Below are positions 37,206 to 51,197 of a stretch of 64,000 nucleotides of DNA, one piece after another. Location of the stretch: positions 89,530,001 through 89,594,000 of the forward strand of contig NW_024704743.1 of assembly GCF_018977255.1 (NCBI RefSeq). Direction: 5' to 3'. The translations under genes and the position numbers were made by a program. How positions within the stretch are numbered: the stretch's first letter is position 1; every line of letters starts with the position of its first letter. The notes below the pieces were generated by a model that ran no database searches, had not been told where the DNA came from, and was given only the letters and a program-made list of their open reading frames with translations. The stretch comes from Callorhinchus milii (taxonomy: Eukaryota).

Positions 37206-37779
37206 ATCAATGCTTTTGAACTTGCTATGATCTGAATGTTATATTTGTTTATAATTCTGTACTGTGAGCCATCCTCTAAGATATTAGGTCATTGGTGGCT
37301 CTATTGATAAAGGCCAGGGTCAAACAGGTCCAGTGCTCTGAGCTCTATCACTCCCAGTTTTAGAGTAGTCTCAATGTTTTTGAATTAGGAGTAGTTAGAG
37401 TCCGAGCCATAGCTCTCACTCTTCACAATGAACTACTAATATGTGGGTATCACATTTTTGCATTTACACATGAGGAGTTTTGCTCTTTAACATTAACAAT
37501 ACCCACTTGCACCGCTATTAAACATGCTTGTTTTGGTTGGTTCATTGTAACTGAAACATAAATATTAAACTATTCATATAAAGACCAGATAGAAAGCTTT
37601 GCATTGATTCACAGAAATAATGGTATTTGGACAGTTTCAAATAGAATGCAAAAGAATTCACTGTCTATAAAATACACGTTTTGTAATACGTACAGTACGA
37701 AGAGTTTCATGAATCATTCCGCACAGAGAACAATGTCACAGTTACTTCAGTCCATGACCGTGTTTTACGAAACTGTCCA

Positions 37780-38710
37780 ACAACTTGCATTTATAAGGTG
37801 CCCTTCACATGGGGTAGCATCCCAGAGCGCTTGACAGTGGTGGAGTCTGACCCTGGGACAGGGGGAGAGGGAGCGGGGAGGCGACCGTAAGCATGATCAG
37901 AAAAGAAGGTCTTTAGGCGGGATTTGAAAGTGGAAGGGGGCAAGGTGGAGGTAGGGAAAGTGTTCCAGAGCTTTGGGGCATAGTGGCTGAAAGCATGGCC
38001 ACCATTGGCGGAGCAGAGTGGGTGAGGGACAAAAATGAGGCCAGAGACGGCTGATCGGAGGCAGCGGGTGGTGGAGTGGGAGGTAAGCAGATCGGATAAG
38101 GCATGGAGGTGCGATTGCTTGAAGGGATTTGAAAAACAAGTGAGAGGATTTTGAAGTTGATCCGTTCAGTAATTGGGAGCCAGTGCAGCCTGGCAAGGGC
38201 TCGTGTGATGGGGATACAGAGTTTTGTGCATGTTTGTATCTGGGCGGTAGAGTTCTGAATTGATTGAATTTTGTATGGTGGAGCTGGGGAAACCTGCGAG
38301 GAAGGGATTGGAATAGTCCAGCCAGCAAGTGACAAAGGCATGGACGAGGCTTTCGGCTGCTGTAGGTGTGAGGAATGGACAGAGGCGGCAATGTGGGGGA
38401 GGTTGAAAAAAGTGGTCCTGGTCAGGAAATGGATGTGCGGGAAAAGGAAAGCTGGGGATCGAACCTGACACCTAAGTTGTGCACGGGTTCGGTGGGTCTG
38501 ATGGAGAGCCTGGGGAAGTTGAGGAGTTCAGACCCGCTGGAAAGAAAACTTTGACGGGAGTCAGAGTGTGGCTTCTGACTTGCCGACGTTCAGATGCAGG
38601 AAATTTGATGTTTTCGAAGAAGCTGACAGGACATCAGCTGACTGGGAGTCGCAGTTGGGGGAGGAGGAGAAGTAGATTTGGGTGTCATCCTCATACATGT
38701 AAACCTACAT
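37780..38710 (-). mobile_element. Older L2 LINE fragment
   Basis: AESLVHAFVTCWLDYSN and LARLHWLPITERINFKIL on the - strand. Confidence 0.8.
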
Positions 38711-41159
38711 ACTAGTAAATCAAGTGATCAATCATAGAAATATAGAATATTACAGCACAGAAGGAGGCCATTGACCCATCGTGCCTGTGTCAGCTCTTTA
38801 GAAGAGCTACCCAATCAGTCCCACTTCATGCTCTTTCCCTGTATCCTTGCAATTTTTTCCTTTTCAAGTACCTATCTAATTTCCTTTTGAAAATTGTTAT
38901 TGAATCTGTTTTCAGAATCTACTAACATTAAACTGAAATTACTTGTTAATTGGAGAATGCAGATTCTTTTGTATTCACACCTTTTAGTGGATTGCAGCAC
39001 CTTTAAACTGACCTTGTATATGTATGCAGGCAGGATGTTCCACTACAGCAATTACATAATATTTCTAGTCAGGCTGTGTTTTGTGACAGGAATTTGTATC
39101 TGAGCTTGAACACTGACTTGCACAATTGTCTCTGATAAATAGGTATGAGTACAACAAACAATCTACACAACAAATGTGCGAAAATTATTAGTAATGCTTT
39201 CAGGGAAAAAAAACTTTTTGTCACCTATTTTTAAATACTGTGAAACAATGAGGTGAAAAAATGTGATTTTCCTGATAGATTCAAGAATTTAAGCATATTC
39301 AATAATTATTAAACCTATCATGAAACATTGTATTTTACCTTTAATATAACCAAAATGTAATTTTGTTGTATGATGGCAATCTAAATACAAGAAGTTAAAA
39401 TCAAATTTTGATGCAAATGAAAACCCAACTCTTCAGCTGTTTCCTGTAATGTACAAATGTAGATTTCCTATTTCTTGCTTCATTACATTTAGTTCAGAAA
39501 TTGTAGTTGATTAAGTCCCTGGTGTGAGCATCTCGAGCTGTGAAAATGGCCCAAGTGTCCAAATATATGCAGACTAGCAATTACAGCCAGCTAAAAATGA
39601 ATATTATACATTGAAATACTGCTGTTAGTTTACCTCTAATTGGAAGAAGCTCTTTTTCCCAAAGTATTTTTCGGTCTTTCACGTCAATCTGCTGTGTACT
39701 GAGTATTGCTCTCTGGGGATGGATGCAAAATGTAGCAATTTCAACTCCTTAGATGCTGAAGCTAAATATTTATCAGTAGCTTAACAGACTGATACAATTA
39801 TCATTGACTTAAAGCAACTTTCTTATAACAACAACAACAAAATTACATTTGTATAACGCTTTTCACATCGGGAGGACGTCCCAAGGCGCTAGACAGTCAA
39901 TGTTCTGGAAAAAACTTATACTTTGTAAGGGTAGTTTTACTCGAAAGAGTTCTTAAACTATTTATTCGTCTTTGAAAGTAACACTCCAGAATAATCAAAG
40001 GGTAAACTTTAAATACAGTTTGATATCAACATTCAGTAAGCACTTTCCTTAAAATAACACAAGTTCGGTGAATGGTCCTCCATTTGATCGCCAGTGCCAG
40101 CTGACAGTAAGATCAGATACTGTTAGCAATAACATCCTGATTGCAAATTTGTTCTTATTTATGAATTAATTACTTTCGACTTTTCCTTTTAAAACAGAAC
40201 TACTGTACTGTATGGAACAGCAGGGAGGGTGCTTTGATATTCTCTCTAGTTATACACTGTGGTTCTGACACGAGTGGAAACCCATTACCAAGTTTAAGAG
40301 TATCCAAACTAGTTTCCACATACATAAACTAATCTAGACATTAACATTTACCCGTGTCTGAAATGGAGGGATGCACCCTGCTTAATTAGTTCTGGAGAAT
40401 CTCAGGTGCAAGAGTTGACCAAGACTTGGGGACCACAGAGTGTGCAATGGAATGCTACTAGGGATTGATCAGCAAAAACCCCACAGCTTGAGAATGCAGA
40501 ATTCACTTCATCTAATACTTTGTTTTGCTAATTAATAAATAATGTAATTGTCTCAGGATTCAATAAAAGAGCTCAGCCTCTCAGGAAGTCTGTTTTTACC
40601 ATTTTACCACTATTCCTGTCATTTTGATGTCCATTGTTAGCTTAACTGCATTAATCAGTTCACTTTCCACTATTCACAATAGGTACAGTATGTCACTGCA
40701 TGAATTTGCTTTCTAATGGTGTAATAACAATTCAAAAAGTATTGATTATCAAAACACTGTGAAATACTATAAATACAACCACTTTCACTGGAAGCAGAAC
40801 TCCTTTATTGTCTTTCCATCACTTTTGCTGTCATAAATGAATATGATTTAGCCTTGAGGCAATGGATATATTCATTTGGATCTAAACGGAGAACGTGATT
40901 ACCAGAGGTTTAAAATGTATCTGTGTCTATTACTATATTCCTTCTTGGTTTGGAATATAGATTGTTCATTGCTGGGGGGAGGTGCTGCATCCAAATCCCT
41001 GATAGTCCAGCGCCTTGTGACGTCCCCCCGATGTGAAAGGCACTATACAAATGTAATTTATTGTTGTTCATTATTTGGATATAATCACACTCTGTATATT
41101 GCTTACAGTTATCATGTAAAAACTCCTTTGCTTCCAAATATTTTGAACAAAGGAAGATG

Positions 41160-41365
41160 CACAGCTTGGCTCAGTGGTTGCCTCTAAGACAGAAGATCAT
41201 GGGCTCGAGTCCCATGATGGGTCTTGAACTCATATATTCTAAGATGATATTCCGATGCAGTGATGGGGAGGTGATGCATTGTTGGAGGTACCATCCTTTG
41301 AATGAGACATTAAACCAAGGTCCAGTCCACCTGTACAGGTGAACTGGTGGATGTTAAAGATCCCA
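41160..41365 (+). mobile_element. Deu-domain SINE remnant
   Basis: tggctcagtgg head and gagacattaaaccaaggtcc...ggatgttaaagatccca core. Confidence 0.55.
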
Positions 41366-43759
41366 ATTCTGGAGGTAAGATACAGGTCGGCCATAATCTT
41401 ATAAAATGATAAAATGGTGGAATAGATTTGAGGGACTGAATAGCCTACTCCTGTTTCTCTGTTTCTAAGTTGCTAAGTTAGTTTGAATGTTTTTAAAACT
41501 GAAGCAAGATGGGCCTTGTATGCTAAATGGCCTCCTTCCTTTCCGAGCTGTAAATGCCTAGAGTTCTATGGTCTACATTACTCAAATTTCAGTCCAAGGG
41601 AGAAAAATATTCTAGAGAGAAACTCCAACTCTACAGGTTCTGATTTCTCCATAGAATACAGCACTTAACAATGCGAGTTGCACAAATGCAAGGCTTATTA
41701 TAAGACATCACAATAATACTAGTAATTTTAGCGAAGTCAACTATTTGGCTACCACCTCAGGCTATATACAGACTTGATGTTTCCATCGTATTTGACCTGA
41801 TTTATCTGGACTTTCATATTCGTCTATAAGTGATCAATGTCAGGGATGAAAAATGTGTCCCTTTTGCACCTCGTGATAGAATCAAACACGCAAACATGAG
41901 GTAGACTTAATGAACTGCCCCAGTTGTGTAATAAATTATGGCTAGGTAGAAAAGGCAGGAGAATGGAATAAATGGACAGTTGTTGAAAAGAGCCTGCACA
42001 GATATGATGAGCCAAATAACTGCCTTCCCTTTGGAACTGTAAATATCTGTAGTTCTACATTACTCAAGTTTCACTTCAGAAAGAAAAATAACCTAGGGAG
42101 GATCTCTGTTCACTCCAACTCTATAGGCTCTGATTTCTCCATAGAATTGAGCACTTAATAATGGCAGTTGCACAAATCAGCAAATCACAGCTTCTGTTGA
42201 GTTTTCAACAAATGTAATATTATCTGTTAAATAGACTATAGCGCACCAGGTCTCTGAAGCATCACTGTCACTTCCTCCAGATGTTACCCATTCCTCATCT
42301 GAATTACTATCAGACACATCATCTTTCAACCCTTTCTGCATTGTTTCATCCAGAACAAGCTTCTGAGTCAAGAGAAAGCTATTGCTGTTTGCGATTTTTG
42401 CTGCCTTTGTCGAGAATAAGATCTTTGATTGCAAGTTATTGTCGAACTGACTTATTGTCTGACTGAGACGCCGTCCGGCGTGGAAGGCGCTATATAAATC
42501 CAAGTTGTTGTTGTTGTAATGTAATCGGAATGTACCTGGACTTCTTGCAACAGAAACAACCTCACAACATACTTGGGAATGGTTCAATTACAGTTTTGAT
42601 CACAGCCAGTTTTCCCCTGTTAGTGATATATGCAAGTGATTCCGCAAAAAAAATATTTATGTCAGAATTGTTATTAAAGATTTATCCTTACATGGGAAAG
42701 TAAGTTATGTGTGGTGCAGAAAACCAAGGGAAAAATCTAAATAAATTAAATTATGAAATTTTTTTGAACAGGATTGGATTTATAAAGTTATTGGGGCTCA
42801 CGTTCTCTGCTCACTGATCTTTGTGAAATATAAATGTGAGCAAGCATGTTTCAATCGGGTGGATGGTCTAATGGAAGTTAACAGAAGAAATGCCACAGAT
42901 GTAATGTACTCTTTAGATGTCACTGGCAGTTTCCATTGTTCACAGGACTCAACATTTAAAGTGCGGCACCCTCGACCTTGTCCTTCCCAACCTCCAGAGA
43001 ACACTTTGCACTCGACTATTGGAAAGCTTGCTTTTTTCTTCCACTAGTAAACCTTGACCTACCTGGAGGAGATTATCAATTCTCTATGTGAGCTCATGAT
43101 GGATGTGAAATCACGGCGTTTAATTGCCGTGAAGGGCACTATATAAATGCAAATTGTTGTCGTTTCCTGCGCTTAGCGGCAATGTGCCAAAAAGCGACTT
43201 CAGACACAATCTGACGATCTGGAAGGTAAACCTTTCTAAGCTCTTTGTTTTAACACATGGGTCTGAGTTTCTGGACCCAACCAAGAGTATAACAGAGGTC
43301 ATCCCATAGCTAATGTTGTTACAAACACTCATGAATGATAGCAAATCAATGGCATTCAGGTAACCTTCAATCTAAAGAAAGAAGGAATGCAGAAATCTCT
43401 AAGTTAATATTTGTAATTATACTAAAAGCATTTTACTGTTTATAGTTTTCTTGAATTCAATGTCACTATTATGTTGGATAGGTTATAAATACACACATAA
43501 ATCCCAGCTTTCGCTCTCCCTTTCAATCTGAAGCTCAGACACTATGATCATCTTTCTTTCGAGGCAGCAGTTAATAGCTTAGTGTCCTCTGACTGCATCA
43601 TCATGACATGCTCCTATCAGCCAGAGAGTAACTGTATATATAGCCTCTGCTCCACAGACACTTTCTTCCAAGAAGCAATAGAGGAAACATTTGTTGAGGA
43701 ATAAGGGGCTAAACATGCAATTTAGACTGAGATTGCTTGACTATCAAGTATGACACCTG

Positions 43760-44310
43760 ATACCCTCCACAGGCTGTGGATCATCCAGAACTCTGCAGCC
43801 TGTGTCCTCTCCTGCACCAGGCTCCATTATCCTATAACCCCCATCCTCACCTGACTCTACTGACTTCGCATCTCTCAGAGGATACAATTCAAGATCCTGG
43901 TCCTCACCTTCAAAACCCTCCATGGCCTTACTCCTCGCTACCGCTGTGACCTCTTAAACCCCTACCAACCTGCCAGCTCACTCCACTCAGTGGGCTCCAG
44001 CCTGCTTCACGTCGCTCGCACTACCAGCCCCGCCATTGGCGGTTGGGCCTTCAGCCTCTCTGCCCCCACCCTCTGGGATTCCATCCCACAATCCTTCCAC
44101 CTCGCTCCCTCCCTTACCTCCTTCAAGACCCGTCTCAATAACTTCCTCTTCGACCATGCCTTCGGTCACCCTCCTGCCCCTACCTTCCCCTCTCTCCACC
44201 CCTCCTGATCCCAACCACCAGCTCGGATGCGGTTCCCTGACTGTCCAGCGCCTTGGGATGTCCACTTGACGTGAAAGGCGCTGCACAAATGTAATTTGTT
44301 GTTGTTGTTG
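43760..44310 (+). mobile_element. L2 LINE 3' fragment
   Basis: IIQNSAA...FKILVLTFK...APTLWDSIP...FKTRLNNFLFD, then an L2 tail with (ttg)n. Confidence 0.85.
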
Positions 44311-45118
44311 AAACACCTGGAGGCAGCAATTAAGATGCTACAATTGGATTTGGCACTGTATTTAAGCAAAGAATATCAGCCATAGTTCCTGCCCCATAAT
44401 CAAATTAGTCAGCCAACACTCACTGCAATAACTCACACATGAGTTGTAGTCACTTGGGTGTGATACTGAAGAGTAACAAGTATCTGGAGCTCTGTCCCAA
44501 TGAAAAGGAAAATGAGTGAAATTATCCTCAGGAGATGGGCGAATAATTGCCATGAATTTTTAAACACAATTTGGATTGCATTAAGGACAAAATAGAACAT
44601 ATGTCAACATCACATCTGATCAATGGTCTATACTTGCAAAAGCATGTAGTACACAACAGCAAAGATTCTCTTTTGGAACTGGTGCCCAAATACGACCCCA
44701 GGTGTCTTTATTTCCTGTAACACTATATTATACACTGTTTTCCTGTGGCTTTGTCTAACAGTGTATTGCACCATTGGGCATGACAGATGCTGCTTCTTTA
44801 TACTTCCACTATTATAACACATTTCTTCTGTCCAGCTACAGGAAAAACAAAACCAATTATTTGTTTTCCTGCTGATCCACATCTCCACTGACAACCAAGG
44901 GATTGCCACATGGACTATATATTTAAACCATATTGGCAACATAGCAACAACAACTTTCATTTTGTCAGCATGTCAGCAATCACTTCCTAAACTAGTTTCT
45001 CAAAATTGGATGACAGAGCACTCCCATAGCACATGTGTGTTCCACCATGCCACCACCTGACATCAAGTCTTACCCCTCCTAGCTCTTCGGCCATCAGATA
45101 AGTGCAGAACACCATCTA

Positions 45119-45490
45119 CAACAACAACAATAACAATTTGCATTGATTTAGAGCCCTCCATGACACACAGCATCTCAGTGAGCTTAACAAGGGCGGTGCC
45201 CGAGGCCAAGCCAGGGGGAGGGGGAAGGTGAGCGTAGGAGCAATCAAAGAGAAAGATGTTCAGGCACGACCTGAAGATGGGGAAGGAAGGGAGAGGCGTA
45301 GGGATTGAGGGAGGGAGTTCCAAAGTATCAGGGCATAGTGGCTGAAGGCACAGCCGCTGATGATGGAGCGGAGGATTTGGGGGATACGGTGGAAGCCGGA
45401 CCAGTAGAGTGGAGGCAGCGGGTACTGCTGTGGGGATAGAGAAGGTTAGAGAGACAGGGAAGGGCCAAGGAATGGAGGGATTTAATAACT
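45119..45490 (-). mobile_element. Older L2 3' fragment
   Basis: Reverse-complement similarity to 2141-2430. (caa)n tail. Confidence 0.65.
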
Positions 45491-48400
45491 AACGTGATCT
45501 GTGTCAGTTTCAGTCTATTTCATGATACACTTTGATCAGCATCTGATATACTTTGCTCAATCCTGTTTTTCTGAGTTTTATCTTTGGAATTAAATGCTGC
45601 AGGCACCCACTGGTAGCTTGGATGTTGGTAGCATTTTTGAGAGTTTCCCAAATGGCTTTGTATGAAATTGAACCATAAAGGCAATGGAAAACCCTGAGTT
45701 TGATCTTTGGTCTGTGCTTAGTGAATCAATCTCAAAAGGCTTAGATTTAGGGTTAGTTTTAGGATTAAGGTTGGAAATAGGGACATTCCTGAACTAGGGC
45801 AGCCATGATCCACGCTCTGGATTACTGTCCAATGATCCCTTGATGTAAAGTAAATATGTATGGAGCTATCAGCCGAGGATCTGTTGTAACACATTTGAAA
45901 AGAATGAAAAGAATGTTAGATAATAATGGGCCATATTTCCTACATACACAATATAAATAGTGCCCCCAGCCCAACTCATTATCATTTCCATGCAGAAGCC
46001 TGGATCAGTGCCAGACTAAAGCTAATACCTGAACTCTGTCTTGAGCCCTGTCACTTTATGGGCAGCTTTATTGCATCTAATAAAGATTGGGAAACCTAGG
46101 GGAAGACTTAATCACCCACTTCACCAAATGATGATTTGCATGATACAAATCTTAATTTCCGTACCAGTATTGAAGCTGTGTTATCCACTTAATATTTTTA
46201 GTTGCTTCTAGAATTCTGTACTTTGTTTACAACTTTACTTTCACACAGGACTTTAAGCAGTCTCCTTGGATGTAGTGAAATCTCCCTTGAAACAGAAGAA
46301 GGCACTGACAATGTCGAATGACCCTATTTATTTCCCCAGCCCTGGCAAGTGAGTTTTGGCTCACATTAAATATTTGAGGTACCAACATTTCAATCTCCAA
46401 TCATTATTTATAGTATTTTTCCATTCACCTGCACTGCTGAGCGTTTATCTTTTCTGTACCCTTACACATCTTTCATTATCTGCATGACAAGGTTAGCGTT
46501 CCAGTTTTTTTCTGAGATCGCTTTAGGAGGAAATACTCAAAGTGTCTTTTTTGTCTCACTGATGCCTCTCTTCACCAGTGTCTTTTTCCAAAAGATTTCA
46601 AAATGTAATTCATGAAAGATACTATATACTAGTCCAGATCTGACAAAAAATAGCAACTGACCTCCTACTGCTCTAATGAATTCAGTTTCCCACTGTGAAA
46701 TAAATGAAGCATGCCTTTAGACTCTTCCATCATAGCTGCTTGATTTACTGTTCCTGGACTGTCTGTATTGCTGTTGTAATTCTCTACCCTGAAAGAATTT
46801 AAGCTCTTTTTATTAAAGAGTGAAATTAAAGAAAAAACGATAAATGCAACAAGATTCCATGTGTGATACTAAACAGTCAGTGGTATTGCAGAATTATATA
46901 CCCATTTTATTCCCTCCCTCTCATTAATCCTGGCTTGGCATTACAATATTACAGCACTTCGGGGGCAGATACAGGGATACGGGGCTGACAATCAGTGTAT
47001 AGAACATAATTAGCAAGAATGGTGGGTATTCAATCATTTTGTTTCCATCCACAGGCCCTGACCCAACTGAGGCACATTTCTGAAATGTAGCACTGGTGCT
47101 TTGACACCATGTTTATTTTCAGCCAGCAGTAAACCAACAATACTATTAGTAAGTTAAAATAAGTCATCTCTATCCTCCACTTGGCAAGGATTCCACCTGC
47201 TCATCATGCCATTTCGGGCTTTAGGTATTTCCCTTTCACCCACCACCAGATGTGGTTTCTGGCCCCCATTGTAGTACAAATGTTGTTGCCCACACAGCAC
47301 AAACATCTGATGCAGTGATGTGGAGTGAGAGGTGGGGGGAGGGGGAAGGGAGGACTGTTTAATTATAATGTATTTCCTTTAAATCCTTCCACCATCCTGC
47401 CCCATCCTATCTCTGCAATCTCCTTTAACCCTACTGAACTCAGCGAGCAACCCGCTTCAAGTGCCCCACCCTATTCACCTCACCATCAACAGGCAGGCTT
47501 TCAGCCATTTGCCCCACTCTCTGGAATTCTATCCTGGATTCTCTCCAACTCTCTCCCTCTCTCACCTCATTCAAAGTCTGTTTCAAGACACATGCGTTTG
47601 GCCATCATTCCCCGGCCACTCGCCTCAGCTCCCATCCTCAGCTCTGGTATCCAGCCAGCAGTGTCAAGCTCTTCGGGACATACTCTTGTCATGAAAGGCA
47701 CAATATAAATGTAAATTAGTATTGCTTATTGTAATGGAAAAACTGTTTTTGCAACAAATTTTTATCACTGAGAGTCAATTGGCCTTTTTGCATTTGAGTG
47801 AATAAAAACAGGTGAAATCTGTGCTGAGCAAATTGTATATTGAAGAAATAGGCTTGATGAACCAAATGTAATTTTCTCATTCTATACCTTCTTATTGTCT
47901 GAGAATATGAGATAGAAATCCCTTCTTTTTCAGCTGCAATGTCCTCTTTAGCTGATGAAGGCATGGCTTATTGTATCAAAGTCCAATAAAACTGGCAGAA
48001 TATCTTAAATTGAGTTGGCCTGCAGGTCAATGAGGTTATTTGCCCTTGGTCTCTTATAAATGTTGTATCGCTTCCTTTTTATTTTTTTAAAATATTCTCT
48101 CCTCTCTGTTGTGGGATCCAATTTAGGCTGACACAAAATGAATCTAAGAATCATGTTTCACTGGTTGGTCCAAGGGAAATTACCTGTCAACTAGTTAAAC
48201 AAAGCAATTATCTTCAAGGTTGGAAATTGACAAAAAATGTAGAATGCGAGAGGACCAGTCATCATAGCCAGCCATCTCCAGATTCTCCCAGAGCACTTCA
48301 CACCGATCAACCATTCTAGTTGTCAAGGGACCATTGCAATGCATACATGTCTAATTGGTCCAGTTATGCCACTTCGACTGATAGGATCCCTTAGGCAACT

Positions 48401-50872
48401 GTATTTCTTCTACGCACCAGTGAAGGGTTGCACACAAAACATTGACCTAGCTTTCTCTTTCAGATGCTGAACAGTCTATTGTGCATAGCCAGAGATGTGT
48501 GATTGTACAGTACTTGAGAAATTGCATCTCTTCCTTCTCCTAAAAATTCAGTACAGTGCAGCCACCACACCCTCCCATTGATGGTAATTTGCTCTTCACT
48601 TATTTACTTTCTAAACTACAAATTATTAAACACAACTCAGTTTAAACCATCCTTCTGATTTATACACTATCAAATTGGTTTCAAATAGAATGTAAGAGTG
48701 GAGGACAGATGTGTTGTAGGCAGCATTTGAATATAAGTTATGCACTGTCACTACACTTGACAATAATTACCTAAAGATCTTTGAGATTGGCATCATAAAA
48801 ATATAAATTCTTTCTTCTATCAAACCATTCAGCTTTCTGACTGAAAATATACTTCAATGCTAACTGGTATATTCACAGAAAATAATGGTGTTCATGGGAA
48901 GAAATGACAGTAATTTAATTTTAAATGGCCACAGATGTAAACTTTGGTTTGTAGCTATAGGTGGGTTTTTAAGTATCTGGTTCTAATTTTAGATGAATGG
49001 AAATTGTTTTTGAGTATGGAAAGGAGTCATCCTTTATCATTGATTTAGAATGGGCAAACTCAATCTATGTTAGATTACATAGATTAATCCTTATATTTGA
49101 TAAAGCACCTTTCATGTCAGGAGAACTCTCAAAGCGCTTAACGAGATTTACTGTATGATGTAGTTACTGTATATTTTTAGACAAATATGACAGCAATTTG
49201 TGTACAAGGCCCCTCAAACAGCTGTGAAGTGAATAACCAAACAAACAATTTTTTTCAGAGCATTGTTGGTAACTCAATCAACCACTGTTTGTGGGACACT
49301 GTTGTGTACAATTAGTTGCCATGTTTCGCCCACAAAATATACAGTCAATTTACTTTACAGCATACTCTGTGAAGTGCTTTGAGACGTCTTGAAGACATGG
49401 TAAAGCACTAAACCAAATGCAAGCATTATTATTTATTATTATTACTTACTCTAATCCTACTCGCCTCCTTCTTCCCTGTATTTTTTAATAGTTTTCCTCT
49501 TTTTTTATCCAACTCCCCTTTAAATGCTGTTTATATCTGAGCTTCTAGGACAATGCATGGTAAAGCATTTCCTTTTATAACAATCCTCTATGTAAATCTA
49601 TGTAATTCTCTGCAAAAAAAAATCTAACTTTTTAATGATCTTTTCACTCCTGATAACTTTTCATGGTTTGCACAACCTTGCTGTATCCAAATTAGCTGTA
49701 GCATTTGCCTACAGAATGCACAGTCACTACACTTTGAGAAGAGCTTTGCAATATCCTCTGATGTGAAAGGCGCTATATCAAATTCAGCATGATTATTGTT
49801 AATATTATGAACCTCCCCTTTATCTCTTCTAGTGATAATCCTCAATTTATATCCTCTCATTACGATTCAGCAATTAGTACAAAGAGTGTTTCTTACTAAT
49901 CCCCCTGACCCCCACCCCAACAATTTAGAGAAAATTACAGGTTAATAAAATAATGTTTCTACAATTTCAAATTGAAATGAATTAGTGTCATGTGAATAGG
50001 TACTCAGAACATTTCTTAGAAAGTAAATTTCTAGGCATAATACAGCGACTCAGTATCATATTCATAAAACTGTGTGGGTATGGTACAAAAGGTGAATGTT
50101 CTGCTTATTTAATGTGATGAATATCTTATGTTTGCCCTTTACCAGCAAATATTAATCAAATAGGACTCTGCAATATGTGTTATGCACTTGACAATAACTA
50201 TTGCCATAACTATAAGAGAAGATAGCACTTCAATAAGGTATTAAGGTCTAATTTGCATTATTTGTTAAGAAGAAATCATGTTATGTTATACCACAATTAG
50301 ACCTTAATATACTAATTCAGCTTTAGAAGATAAGACTGTACTCAATTTAGATTTACAGGAAAGAAAGAAACAAATTTGGGCGTCTAAAAGGTTTGCTCTC
50401 TCCAGAAATCACTTTATGAGACCTGCAGCATTATTTGTGAACCATATTGTTGCAGCTTGCTTCAAATGACAGGCATCATGTCCTGCAGGAAAATTGACAC
50501 TGACATTCTATTGCAGAACTTAATGCCACTGACTGCTCATCTATGTCAGAGTGAATGTGAATTTAATTTATATGCTAGTCAGTGAGACCATTGGCAGACC
50601 CTATTAAGTGATGGTTTTAACTCATTTAACTCATTTGTGAGGAAACTGATTGTTGTAATTGGATACTCCTGCCATTAATAAAGCATTACTGAAACAACAG
50701 CAAATAAACTATGTTTATTTCAGGCTGTAAAACACAAAGCAATATTCTAATAATAATAATTCACCTTTATTATTATTACTGAAACAGCAGCAAATAAACT
50801 AAGTATATGTTGGGACATCCTCCCGATGTGAAAGGCACTATCCAAATGTAATTTTGCTGTTGTTGTTGTTGT

Positions 50873-51197
50873 GGAGTCCTGTAGCTCAGTGCACTGTTAG
50901 AGCACTCGCCTCGCAAGCGAGAGACCTGGGTTCAAATCCCGGCAGGGTGAAACCTTAGGTAAGTTTCCTTACTCCACGTGCCTGATAATAATCCCTCAAG
51001 AAAAATATTAAAAGAAAAAAAATAACAATTTGGTCACTCAATCAATGACTGTGGAACACTGCCGTGGGAATTGACTGCCGAGTTTCACTGCCTTTTACAG
51101 TCGATTCACTTTACAGTATATTCTGTGAAGTGCTTTGAGACGTCTAGAAGACATGAAATGCGCTATATCAAATGCAAGGATTAGTATTATTATTATT
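50873..51197 (+). mobile_element. tRNA-derived SINE with L2-like 3' tail
   Basis: Head gtcctgtagctcagt...ctcgcctcgcaagcgag...gggttcaaatccc, tail gtgaagtgctttgagacgtc...gcgctatatcaaatgcaagga(tta)n. Second copy at 58858-59180 (-). Confidence 0.8.

Noticed and set aside
40064..40100. Possible small bridging exon of the - strand pseudogene (WHWRSNGGPFTEL)
   Set aside because: The phases would fit, but the donor (gtgtta) is weak and the block is too short to support.
50873..50950. tRNA-Ala(CGC)-like cloverleaf
   Set aside because: The acceptor stem is imperfect and the D-arm has extra bases. It continues into a SINE body and L2-like tail, with a second copy at 58858-59180, so it is a SINE head rather than a tRNA gene.
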